Positions 28,435 through 36,639 of a DNA stretch of 51,019 nt are shown here, one piece after another (the stretch's first letter is position 1; every line of letters starts with the position of its first letter). Source of the stretch: Myxococcales bacterium (lineage in GTDB: Bacteria; Myxococcota_A; Polyangia; Haliangiales; Haliangiaceae); contig JAYVSF010000623.1 of NCBI GenBank assembly GCA_043775605.1, positions 1 through 51,019 of the forward strand, read 5' to 3'. The notes below the pieces were generated by a model. It had not been told where the DNA came from. It searched no databases and was given only the letters and a program-made list of their open reading frames with translations. Made by a program: the position numbers and the translations under genes.

Positions 28435-29646
28435 ATGGGCCACCCACTTCGCTGGAACCGTACCGACCTCATCTACGAAGTCACGATCGAGACCATCCAG
28501 GGACGCTACCTGCTGCGGCCGAACCGCGAGGTCCGCGACATCATCCTCGGGGTGATCAGCCGGGCCCAGGAGCTGTACCAAGCCATCCGCCTGTACGCGT
28601 TCGTCGTCACCCGCAACAGGTCGACGTTGCTCCTCTCCACCGGCGATGAAGAGCAACTGTCCAGGTTCATGGCCTACGTGCATGGTGAGGTCTCACGCAA
28701 GGTCGGTCGGCTGCTCGACTGGTCGGGCAAGCTGTGGGGTGGTCGATATCGCGCGCTCCCGGTCCTCGACGAGGAGGCGATCACCCAGCGGCTGCGCTTC
28801 GTCCTGTCCCAGGGCGTCGACGAGGGGCTGGTCGCCTCACCGCGACACTGGCCGGGGGCCTCGTGCGTCCCCGCCCTGCTCGGCACGATGAAGCTCGAGG
28901 GAGCGTGGGTCGACCGGGACCGCGAGGCCCGCCTCCGAGGGCTGGGGCTCGATCCTCCCGCCTCCGCGTACGTCCGGCCGTACCGGGTCGTGCTCACGCC
29001 GATCCCGGCGTGGGCGTCACTGCCGCGGACCGAGCTCGTCGCCCGCTACCAGGCCATCATCGAGTCGATCGAGCTCGAGCACCTGGTCATGCGCACCGCG
29101 CCGGTGCTCGACCCGATCGAGCTGCAGCGTCAGGATCCATTCGCCCGACCGGAACGCGCTCCTCGACGACGGCTCGCTCGCTTCTGTCATGCGACCTGCG
29201 CGACCTTGATCGCCGGCTTTCGGACCGCCTACCGACAATTCTGTGCCTCCTTCCGAACGGCCGCGAGCGCGCTCGGTCCTCCCTCGCCGACGAAGGCCGC
29301 GCTGGTCGCGCACTTCCCCGGCGGGAGCAACCCGAGGCCCGACCTGAGCGTGCCGCTGCCGGACGGTGAACTGCCACCATGGTGGAACGAGTCGTTCTCG
29401 ACGCCTCCGCCGTCTTCAGGCGATGAGACCGTCGTCGATGAAGGTGGAATGGAGTCGGGGTGCGAGCCTCCGACGTCGCCGTGGATCCGGCGGGTCGACG
29501 CCCGCGGGCCGCGCGGGTCGAGTCGGAGCCCGGGGCCGACGACCGCCCCCGCGCACCAGCGTCCGCCGAAACCGCGACGCGGCGGCGGGCAGCCGACCCG
29601 CGCCCTGACGCCCGCGCGACCTCCAACCCACGGGCCGCACCCGTGA
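28435..29646 (+). CDS. RAYT / IS200-like (Y1 transposase fold) protein with apparently degenerate catalytic motifs and a Pro/Arg-rich C-terminal tail
   Basis: ORF 28423..29646; ATG 28435. By-eye alignment to REP-associated tyrosine transposases: LIYEVTIETIQGRYLLRP..., IRLYAFVVTRNRSTLLL (where the HUH motif x-H-x-H-LL is expected), GKLWGGRYRALPVLDEEAITQRLRFVLSQGVDEGLVASPRHWPGAS (where RY-I/L-x-x-NP-V..GLV with the catalytic Tyr is expected). Confidence 0.6.
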   Translation: MGHPLRWNRTDLIYEVTIETIQGRYLLRPNREVRDIILGVISRAQELYQAIRLYAFVVTRNRSTLLLSTGDEEQLSRFMAYVHGEVSRKVGRLLDWSGKLWGGRYRALPVLDEEAITQRLRFVLSQGVDEGLVASPRHWPGASCVPALLGTMKLEGAWVDRDREARLRGLGLDPPASAYVRPYRVVLTPIPAWASLPRTELVARYQAIIESIELEHLVMRTAPVLDPIELQRQDPFARPERAPRRRLARFCHATCATLIAGFRTAYRQFCASFRTAASALGPPSPTKAALVAHFPGGSNPRPDLSVPLPDGELPPWWNESFSTPPPSSGDETVVDEGGMESGCEPPTSPWIRRVDARGPRGSSRSPGPTTAPAHQRPPKPRRGGGQPTRALTPARPPTHGPHP

Positions 29647-29649
29647 TCC

Positions 29650-29706
29650 GTCCGGCTGCCGGACATCATCGTCCGAATGCCGGACACATGTGGCCGAATC
29701 TCGGAC
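29650..29706. promoter_or_regulatory. Three phased dyads GTCCG-N5-CGGAC (21-bp period) upstream of comM
   Basis: GTCCGgctgcCGGAC at 29650-29664, GTCCGaatgcCGGAC at 29671-29685, and GGCCGaatctCGGAC at 29692-29706 (one mismatch). Centre-to-centre spacing is 21 bp, so they lie on the same helical face. Confidence 0.5.
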
Positions 29707-29735
29707 GGGGCCACGCAAGATCGAGGAGTTGCGCC

Positions 29736-29751
29736 CGGCACGCCGCGTGCA
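29736..29751 (+). promoter_or_regulatory. Candidate sigma-54 promoter cGGCACG-ccgc-GTGCA
   Basis: Same pattern as at 28407 (CGGCACG-N4-GTGCW). The C of the GC (29750) lies 15 nt before ATG 29765. Preceded by GATCGAGGAGTTG at the position equivalent to AATCAAGGGCTTG in the RAYT-like promoter. Confidence 0.5.
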
Positions 29752-29764
29752 CGCTGGACCCACC

Positions 29765-31354
29765 ATGCTCGCCCGCCTGACCTCTTCAACGCTACGCGGT
29801 ATCGACGCCATCCCGATCGAGGTCGAGGTCGACGTGGTCGGGGGCTTGCCCTCGTACCACGTCGTCGGGATGCCGGGGCCGTCGGTCCGAGAGGGGTCCG
29901 TGCGCATCCGGTCGGCGCTCGAGGCCGTCGGCCAGAGCCTGCCGAGCAAGAAGGTGACGGTCAACCTCGCGCCCGCTGATCTGCCCAAGCCGGGAGCCGG
30001 CTTCGATCTGCCGGTCGCCATCGGCGTGCTGGTCGCCGAGGGCGTGTATCCACATGCGCCGGTCGAGGGTCTGCTCATGGTCGGCGAGCTCGGCCTGGAC
30101 GGCACGATCCGCAAGGTGCGTGGTGCGCTCGCCGCAGCGATGATGGCGCGCGACCTGGGGATGCGCGGCATCCTGCTACCGCGCGCGTCGGCAGAGGAGG
30201 CGGCCGTCGTCGAGGGCCTGGAGGTCTACGGCGTCGGCCACCTGGCCGAGGTCATCGCCGCGCTGGCCGGGCTGGCCGAGCTGCCCCGGGGCACCTCGGC
30301 GCCACGACGTCCCCCTGCTAGCCTCGGCCTCGACCTGGCGGATGTCCGCGGGCAGGCCAGCGCTCGCAGCGCGGTCGAGATCGCGGTCGCCGGCGGTCAC
30401 AACCTCCTGCTGATGGGCCCGCCGGGCATCGGCAAGTCCATGCTGGCGCGGCGCATCCCCACGATCTTGCCGGCCTTGAGCCACGAGGAGGCGCTCGAGG
30501 TGACCAAGATCTACTCGGCGGTCGGGCTCGCCGATGGACTCGTGGTCGACCGCCCCTTTCGAGCCCCTCACCACACGGTCAGCACGGCGGCGCTACTCGG
30601 TGGGGGCTCGGCACCGCGGCCCGGCGAGATCTCGCTCGCCCATCACGGCGTGCTGTTCCTCGACGAGCTCCCCGAGTTTCAGCGCCATGCGCTCGAAGCG
30701 CTGCGCCAGCCGCTCGAGGACCGCCACGTGACGATCGGCCGGGCGCACAGCACGATCCGGCTCCCGGCCAGCTTCCTGCTGGTCGCGGCGGCCAACCCCT
30801 GCCCCTGTGGCTGGGCCGGCTCTCAGCTGCGCGAGTGCGTCTGCTCGGGCACCGCGGTCGAGCGCTACCGGAGTCGCCTCAGCGGGCCGCTGCTCGACCG
30901 CATGGACCTCCAGGTCTCGACGCAGCCGGTGGCGATCAGCGAGCTGCGTAGCCAGCGCCCAGGCGAGTCATCGGCAAGCGTGCGAGCCCGGGTCGAGGAT
31001 GCCCGGGCACGGCAGGCCCGTCGTCTTGCGCCCTTCAGGCTGCGGACCAACGCGGAGATGACTCCGGCGGCGACCCGAGCGACCTGCGCACTCGACGCCG
31101 CGTCGGAAGCGTTTCTCGCCAAGGTGGCCGGCGCGCGCCACAGCATGAGCGCACGGGCGGTCGACCGCATCATCAAGGTGGCGCGGACGATCGCGGACCT
31201 CCAGGGCTGCGACGAGATCGACCACGAGCACGTCGGCGAGGCCGCTGGCTACCGGGCGCTCGAGCGCGAGCCGGCCATTGACCCTCGGCCGTTCATCGCG
31301 GGCCTCCACGGTCGTACGCGCGCCGGCCAGCCCGCGACCGGCGAGCCGGGTTGA
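29765..31354 (+). CDS. comM: YifB/ComM-family Mg-chelatase-like AAA+ ATPase
   Basis: In frame with ORF 29690..31354; ATG 29765 gives [52 protein letters not shown]...[24 protein letters not shown]. Walker A: [13 protein letters not shown]. Also [11 protein letters not shown] and CPCGW...C.C. Confidence 0.9.
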   Translation: MLARLTSSTLRGIDAIPIEVEVDVVGGLPSYHVVGMPGPSVREGSVRIRSALEAVGQSLPSKKVTVNLAPADLPKPGAGFDLPVAIGVLVAEGVYPHAPVEGLLMVGELGLDGTIRKVRGALAAAMMARDLGMRGILLPRASAEEAAVVEGLEVYGVGHLAEVIAALAGLAELPRGTSAPRRPPASLGLDLADVRGQASARSAVEIAVAGGHNLLLMGPPGIGKSMLARRIPTILPALSHEEALEVTKIYSAVGLADGLVVDRPFRAPHHTVSTAALLGGGSAPRPGEISLAHHGVLFLDELPEFQRHALEALRQPLEDRHVTIGRAHSTIRLPASFLLVAAANPCPCGWAGSQLRECVCSGTAVERYRSRLSGPLLDRMDLQVSTQPVAISELRSQRPGESSASVRARVEDARARQARRLAPFRLRTNAEMTPAATRATCALDAASEAFLAKVAGARHSMSARAVDRIIKVARTIADLQGCDEIDHEHVGEAAGYRALEREPAIDPRPFIAGLHGRTRAGQPATGEPG

Positions 31355-31428
31355 CGGGCGGGCATCCGGGCCAGGCCCACCCGCCCTGTGTCTGGTGCAA
31401 ATCGGCGGACGGTCGATAGATCGAGGTG

Positions 31429-32787
31429 ATGTCGGCCCCTCCACCAACGACGCCCGGGCCGGGCCGCGGTTTCGCCCGCCCCGGATGGACATCGTCGCCC
31501 GAGTCGCGAAAGAATCGACGGGTGGAAGTTCCCACCCGACCGAAGGTCGGCTTCGTCCTGTCCGGTGGCGGCTCACGCGGGGCGTACGAGGCTGGGATCA
31601 TCCAGTACTTGCGCGAGGATCTCCCGCGCCGTCTTGGCCACCACGTCCCGATCGACATCGTCACCGGCACCAGCGTCGGGGCGATCAACGCGACCTTCGT
31701 CGCCGCGACCGCTGACGAGCCCGCCACCCAGGGCCAGCGGCTGGTCGCGGCCTGGAGCGCCCTTCGCATCGAGGAGATGATCGGCCTCGGCGCCTGGGAC
31801 GCCCTGCGGGCGCTCAAGATCGTCATGGGTCGGGATGTCCAGCCCGCGCCCGGAAGCTTCCGGTACGGTGGCCTCCTCGACACGAGCGGCCTGGAACGCT
31901 TCGTGATCAAGCACATCCCCTGGCACGGGATGGAGCGCAACCTGCGGAGCCGGGCGATCCACGCCATCGCGGTGTCAGCCACCCACGTCGGATCCGGCCA
32001 CACGGTCGTGTTCGTGTCAGCCGCCGATCCCGTCCCGGTGAGCTGGAGTCGCGACCCGTTCGTCCGCCACCGGGCCGCGCGCATCGGTCCGCGCCACGTC
32101 CTGGCCTCGGCGGCGATTCCGCTGCTGTTCCCGTCGGTCAAGATCGGCGGCGAGTTCTTCACGGACGGCGGGTTGCGGCAGAACACGCCGATGTCGCCGG
32201 CCATCCGGCTGGGCGCGGACAAGATGCTGCTGGTATCGCTGCGCCACGTCGCCGATTCGGAGAGCGCGCAGGTCGAGAAGGAGCGCGTGGAGGCGTCTCC
32301 GCGGCCCCTGTTCCTGGTCGGCAAGGCGCTCAACGCGCTGATGCTCGATCACACCGAGTACGACCTCGATCGTATGCAGCGGGTCAACCACATCCTCGCC
32401 GCCGGCACGGCCGCGTTTGGTCCCGAGTTCGTCGACGTCATGAACCGCGAACTCGCCAAGTTGCGGGGCGCGCCGGTGCGTCCGATCGACGCCTTCCACA
32501 TCCGCCCTTCGGAGGACATCGGTGCGCTGGCCCACGACTTCGTCGCCAGTGGACGGGTCCTGGTCCAGAGCCGCGTGACCCGCCGCCTGCTGCACCGGCT
32601 CGCCGAGAGCGAAGCGCCCCACGAGAACGACCTCCTGTCCTACCTGCTCTTCGACGGCAACTGGGCGGCCGAGCTCATCGCCCTGGGGCGACGTGACGCC
32701 CTGGCAAGGGAGGAGGACTTCGTGCGGTTCTTTACCTCGGAGGGCAACAGCATGCGACGGGAGACTCCGACCGCGGCCCTGCCGTGA
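31429..32787 (+). CDS. Patatin-like phospholipase
   Basis: ORF 31426..32787 (GTG 31426 / ATG 31429). Oxyanion motif [16 protein letters not shown], nucleophile elbow GTSVG, catalytic Asp motif FFTDGGL. Confidence 0.85.
   Translation: MSAPPPTTPGPGRGFARPGWTSSPESRKNRRVEVPTRPKVGFVLSGGGSRGAYEAGIIQYLREDLPRRLGHHVPIDIVTGTSVGAINATFVAATADEPATQGQRLVAAWSALRIEEMIGLGAWDALRALKIVMGRDVQPAPGSFRYGGLLDTSGLERFVIKHIPWHGMERNLRSRAIHAIAVSATHVGSGHTVVFVSAADPVPVSWSRDPFVRHRAARIGPRHVLASAAIPLLFPSVKIGGEFFTDGGLRQNTPMSPAIRLGADKMLLVSLRHVADSESAQVEKERVEASPRPLFLVGKALNALMLDHTEYDLDRMQRVNHILAAGTAAFGPEFVDVMNRELAKLRGAPVRPIDAFHIRPSEDIGALAHDFVASGRVLVQSRVTRRLLHRLAESEAPHENDLLSYLLFDGNWAAELIALGRRDALAREEDFVRFFTSEGNSMRRETPTAALP
31971..32025 (+). 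repeat. Intragenic copies of the 13-nt motif inside the patatin gene (GGTGTCAGCCACC exact; GTGTCAGCCGCC variant)
   Basis: 31971-31983 is an exact 13/13 match. 32014-32025 matches the variant seen in cluster A. Both are read as Val-Ser-Ala using the TCA Ser codon. Confidence 0.8.
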
Positions 32788-32789
32788 GC

Positions 32790-32865
32790 GGTGGCTGACA
32801 CCATCGCCCGCGCGTCCGGCGGGTGGCTGACACCATCGCCCGCGCGTCCGCGGGTGGCTGACACC
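32790..32865 (-). repeat. Motif cluster C: three phased copies of GGTGGCTGACACC
   Basis: Copies at 32790-32802, 32822-32834 and 32853-32865. The first two units are near-identical 31-32-bp repeats (GGTGGCTGACACCATCGCCCGCGCGTCCG...). The cluster starts 3 nt after the patatin stop and ends 74 nt before the ABC exporter start. Confidence 0.9.
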
Positions 32866-32938
32866 CTCGGGGCACCAACCGATCGGGTAGCGGGCTGCCG
32901 GGGCGCGGCTCGGCGGCTTCCTGCTAGGCTCTCCCCGC

Positions 32939-34783
32939 GTGAGCGACTCCACCGACCCCGCCGCTGGCGAGCGCGCACCGCTTGGCGTGCTGACCCGGCT
33001 GCTGGCGCTGCTCCGGCCCCACCGCGGCCGCTTCGTCGTGGCCGTGGCGACCCTGTTCACCGCCTCGCTGCTGTCCCTGGCGTATCCAAAGATCGCGGGC
33101 TACGTGGTTGACGCCGGCATGGCCGAGCGGTCGATGGCCGACCTCGACCGCATCGTGCTCATCCTGATCGGCGTCTTCATGATCCACGCCGTGCTCATCT
33201 GGTTCCGCCATTACTCGATGAGCTGGCTGGGCGAGCGGGTGGTGGCCGATCTGCGGTCGATGGCGTTCGATCGGCTGGTCACGCTGCCGCTGGCCTGGTT
33301 CCACGAGCGCCGCACGGGCGAACTGGTCGGCCGGCTGTCATCCGACGTCACCGTGGTCGAGGGGGTGGTCGGCAGCGAGCTGTCCCTGGCGCTCCGCAAC
33401 GCGGTCCAGCTGGTCGGGGGCCTGGTCTTCCTGGTCATCATCGACGCCCGCCTCACCGGCCTGATGCTGGCCGTGGTGCCGCCGCTCACCCTCGGCACCG
33501 TGTACTTCGGCCGCACGATCCGCCGGATGAGCAAGCAGATGCAGGACGCGCTGGCCAAGGTGTCGGGCCAGGCCCAGGAGTCGCTCGGCGCGATCCAGAC
33601 GGTGCAGGCCTTCGTCCGCGAGCGCGACGAGGCCCGCCGCTACCGGGCCGGCGTCGAGACGTCGTTCCAGCAGTCGCTGTCGCTGGCCCGCTCGCGCTCG
33701 TGGTTCTTCGCGTCGGCGACCACCGCCGGCTACATCGCGATCGCGGCGGTGATGTGGCTGGGCGGGCGCGCGGTCATCCGCGACGAGCTGACCCCGGGCG
33801 AGCTGGGCTCGTTCTTCCTGTACACGTTCATGGTCGCCGGCTCGCTGGCCGAGCTGGCCAGCCTGTGGGGCTCGCTCCAGCGCGCGGCCGGCGCCACCGA
33901 GCGGCTGTTCGCGATCATCGACACCGTGCCCACGATCCGCGACCCAAATCACGTGGTCGCCCTGCCCGCCGGCGGTGGCGCGCTCCGCTTCGAAGCGGTC
34001 GACTTCGCCTATCCGTCGCGCCTCGATCATCCGGTGCTGCGCGGCTTCGACCTGGCCATCGCGCCCGGCGAGGTGGTGGCGCTGGTCGGGCCGTCGGGCA
34101 CCGGCAAGACCACCGTGCTCCAGCTCCTGCTCCGCTTCTTCGACGTCGATCGCGGCCGGGTCACGCTCGAGGGCATCGACGTCCGCACGCTCGCGCTCGC
34201 CGACCTCCGGCGCGCGACCGCGATGGTGGCCCAGGAGCCGGTGCTGTTCGCCGGCACGCTGCGCGACAACATCGCGTACGCCTGCGACGACGCCACCGAC
34301 GCCGCGGTCGAGCAGGCCGCGCGCGACGCCAACGCCCACGACTTCATCGCCTCGTTCCCCGAGGGCTACCGCACGGTGATCGGCGAGCGCGGGGTCAAGC
34401 TGTCCGGTGGCCAGAAGCAGCGCATCGCGATCGCGCGGGCCCTGCTGGTCGATCCGCGGGTCCTGATCCTCGACGAGGCGACCAGCAACCTCGACGCCGG
34501 CAGCGAGGCCGTGGTGCAGGAGGCTCTGGCCCGGCTGATGCGCGGCCGCACGACGCTGGTGGTCGCCCACCGATTGTCGACAGTACGCGACGCCGATCGC
34601 ATCGTGGTCCTCGACGCCGGCCGGGTCGCGGAGGTCGGCCAGCACGGCGAGCTGATGGCCCGCGGCGGCCTCTACCGCCGACTGGTCGAGCATCAGGTGA
34701 TCAGCGACGAGCCCGCGCCCTCGGACAGCCCGGCACCGGCCGAGCTCGTCGAGCCGCTGATGGTGGCGCCGGCCGGATCGTGA
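32939..34783 (+). CDS. ABC transporter, fused permease/ATPase (MsbA/ABCB-type exporter)
   Basis: ORF 32939..34783 (GTG). Six-TM N-terminal half. Walker A GPSGTGKTT, signature LSGGQKQRIAIARAL, Walker B ILILDEATSNLD. Confidence 0.9.
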   Translation: MSDSTDPAAGERAPLGVLTRLLALLRPHRGRFVVAVATLFTASLLSLAYPKIAGYVVDAGMAERSMADLDRIVLILIGVFMIHAVLIWFRHYSMSWLGERVVADLRSMAFDRLVTLPLAWFHERRTGELVGRLSSDVTVVEGVVGSELSLALRNAVQLVGGLVFLVIIDARLTGLMLAVVPPLTLGTVYFGRTIRRMSKQMQDALAKVSGQAQESLGAIQTVQAFVRERDEARRYRAGVETSFQQSLSLARSRSWFFASATTAGYIAIAAVMWLGGRAVIRDELTPGELGSFFLYTFMVAGSLAELASLWGSLQRAAGATERLFAIIDTVPTIRDPNHVVALPAGGGALRFEAVDFAYPSRLDHPVLRGFDLAIAPGEVVALVGPSGTGKTTVLQLLLRFFDVDRGRVTLEGIDVRTLALADLRRATAMVAQEPVLFAGTLRDNIAYACDDATDAAVEQAARDANAHDFIASFPEGYRTVIGERGVKLSGGQKQRIAIARALLVDPRVLILDEATSNLDAGSEAVVQEALARLMRGRTTLVVAHRLSTVRDADRIVVLDAGRVAEVGQHGELMARGGLYRRLVEHQVISDEPAPSDSPAPAELVEPLMVAPAGS

Positions 34784-35670
34784 CGCCGGGCGTCGACGAG
34801 CTGACCCTGACCACCCCGCGCGGTCGCTTCCACGCCCTGGCCGCGGGCGACTCCGCTCACCCGGTGGTGGTGGTGGTGCACGGCTTTCCGGACGCACCCC
34901 CGACCTTCGCCGCGCTGCTGCACCAGCTCGCCGCGCTCGGCTACCGCGGGGTCGCGCCGTGGTTGCGCGGCTACGGCCGGTCGGTGGCCACCGGCCCGTA
35001 CGACGTCGACACGCTCGCCGAGGACGTCCTGGCCTGGGCCGCGGCCCTGTCGCCCGATCGGCCGGTGCGCCTGCTCGGTCACGACTGGGGCGCGCTCGCG
35101 ACCTACGCCGCGTGCGCCCGCGCGCCGGCCCGCGTCGCCGCCGCGGTCACGCTCGCGGTGCCGCACCCGCTGGCCTTCGTCCGCGCGCTCGCCTCCCGCC
35201 AGCTCGCGCGCAGCTGGTACATGCTGTTCTTCCAGCTACCGGGCGCGCTGCACGTCGCGCGGGCCGGCGACTTCGCGCTGATCGATCGCCTGTGGCGCCA
35301 GTGGTCGCCCGGCCACGACCTGTCGCCGGCGCTGCGCAGGGCGGTGCACGACGCCCTCGCGGCCAGCTGGCCGGCGCCCGCGCTGTACTACCGCGCGCTG
35401 CTGCGACCGCTCGGCCCCGCGCTCGCGCGCCTCGGCCCGCACCACCCGCTGGCCCGGCCGCTGACGGTGCCGACGCTTTACCTCCACGGCGCCGACGACG
35501 GCTGCATCGGCGCCGACGTCGCGCGCGGCGCCGCGAGTCACTTCGCGAGCCCCTACCGTCAGGAGCTCCTCGCCGGCGCCGGTCACTTCCTCGCCGCCGA
35601 GCGCCCGGCCGAGGTCGCGGCCCGCGCCCACGCCTGGTTCCAGGGAACAGACCGGCCGCGTCGAGCGTAG
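34780..35670 (+). CDS. Alpha/beta hydrolase (epoxide-hydrolase/haloalkane-dehalogenase-like)
   Basis: Last ~296 codons of ORF 33700..35670. GTG 34780 overlaps the ABC stop (GTGA). Motifs: VVVHGFPD, GHDWGA nucleophile elbow, C-terminal GAGHF. Confidence 0.8.
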   Translation: MTPGVDELTLTTPRGRFHALAAGDSAHPVVVVVHGFPDAPPTFAALLHQLAALGYRGVAPWLRGYGRSVATGPYDVDTLAEDVLAWAAALSPDRPVRLLGHDWGALATYAACARAPARVAAAVTLAVPHPLAFVRALASRQLARSWYMLFFQLPGALHVARAGDFALIDRLWRQWSPGHDLSPALRRAVHDALAASWPAPALYYRALLRPLGPALARLGPHHPLARPLTVPTLYLHGADDGCIGADVARGAASHFASPYRQELLAGAGHFLAAERPAEVAARAHAWFQGTDRPRRA

Positions 35671-35876
35671 ATCGCGGTAGCGTCGCGCCGACGCCGGTCA
35701 TGCTGCCCGCTCCCTCCGTCTCCGCTCGCGTCACGCCGGTCCTGCTGGCGCTGCTCGCGTGCCACGCTGGCGGCCACACCCGGCCCCACGACCGCGACGC
35801 GGGCCCGTCCGCCCCGATCGACGCCGCCGGCGCCGTCGACGCCACCACCGCGGCCCCGGACGCCGACGAGCCGTTC
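35637..35876 (+). repeat. Left copy of a 240-bp direct repeat (hydrolase 3' end + intergenic region + first 59 codons of mltA)
   Basis: Aligns with 50203-50441 with four substitutions and one 1-nt indel (by-eye alignment). Confidence 0.9.
35700..35876 (+). pseudogene. Truncated 5' copy of mltA (signal-peptide/lipoprotein N-terminus only)
   Basis: MLPAPSVSARVTPVLLALLACHAGGHTRPHDRDAGPSAPIDAAGAVDATTAAPDADEPF is near-identical to the N-terminus of the intact gene at 50265. After 35876 the frame continues into unrelated sequence. Confidence 0.8.
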
Positions 35877-36180
35877 TCGGCGAACACCCCGCGAACACCG
35901 GCAAGGTCGACGTCACCGCCACATGGTGCGCGATCAGGTCCGCGAAGGCGTCCTTGACCAGTGGGCTGTCGACGTCGAGGGCGGCGAACGCCTTGTCGAA
36001 GGCCGCGCCATCGGGGCACTCGTCGGTCTTCCGCGTCGGGAAGAAGTCCGAGTCGAACAGGAAGCCGTGCTCGACGTTGTCGATGCCGGCGGCGGCGGCG
36101 TCCTTGAAGCCGATGGTGCACAGGTGGCCCGTGACCTTGAGGCCGCGGGCGTGAGCCGCGGTGACCGCCGCGGGTACGGC
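35877..36180 (-). pseudogene. Internal fragment of an amidohydrolase-family gene
   Basis: Part of ORF 35731..36252: AVTAAHARGLKVTGHLCTIGFKDAAAAGIDNVEHGFLFDSDFF...LIAHHVAVTSTLPVF. It has no start and no C-terminus and is bounded by the repeat junction at 35876/35877. Boundaries are approximate on the 36180 side. Confidence 0.55.
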
Positions 36181-36331
36181 GCCGACGGCAGCACGTGATC
36201 CACCAGGTGGGCCGCGGCGTCCGCCATGCGGCGACCTCGGCAGGACGGGCACACCGCCCGGCCCTTACACGAGAACGCGACCAGGCGATCGAAGCCGCAG
36301 TCGACGCAGCGGACGCGACAGAAGCCGTGGG
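36181..36331 (-). mobile_element. IS91-family transposase fragment (zinc-binding N-terminal domain), distal half
   Basis: Reverse-strand translation: HGFCRVRCVDCGFDRLVAFSCKGRAVCPSCRGRRMADAAAHLVDHVLPSA. This is the CxxC...CPSC pattern of IS91-like transposase zinc-binding domains. It continues the fragment at 50155-50202. Confidence 0.65.
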
Positions 36332-36558
36332 TGTCGGTGTCGAGCTTCCGCTACAACGACAAGGTCTTCCGGGTGGTGGTCGACGCCCGCACCGGCGAGG
36401 TCGCCGGCGATCGCCTCTACAGCGGCTGGAAGATCTTCTTCTTCGTGCTGCTGATCGTGGCGGTCATCACCGGCATCATCGTGCTGATCGCGATGGCCCG
36501 GCAGAAGCCGGCGCCCGAGGAGGAGCACACCATCCGGTCGAGGCGACCTCATCCCTGA
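36332..36558 (+). pseudogene. 3' fragment of a membrane-anchored protein gene (C-terminal TM segment)
   Basis: C-terminal part of ORF 36226..36558: FRYNDKVFRVVVDARTGEVAGDRLYSGWKIFFFVLLIVAVITGIIVLIAMARQKP. Coding-like sequence begins abruptly at the IS91 junction. Confidence 0.4.
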
Positions 36559-36639
36559 CCGTCGAGCACCGCGCCCCGACCCCGGACGTCGTCGCTCGCC
36601 AGCTCGACCGGTAAGGGGTGCAGCGCGGGCGCGGCCCGG

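Noticed and set aside
31356-31386. Hairpin GGGCGGG-N17-CCCGCCC right after the comM stop, considered as a terminator.
   Set aside because: It has a large loop and no T-tract. GC-rich dyads of this size are common here. It is kept out of the feature list.
31415-31423. The 9-mer AGATCGAGG is shared between the comM promoter block (29719-29727) and the region just before the patatin start.
   Set aside because: In the patatin case it abuts the start codon and no correctly spaced -24/-12 element follows. A single 9-mer match is not enough to extend the promoter module to patatin.
32880-32938. Sigma-54-like CGGCGGCTTCCTGCTA upstream of the ABC exporter.
   Set aside because: The GG-to-GC spacing is one nt short, and the -24 half matches poorly (GGCGGC).
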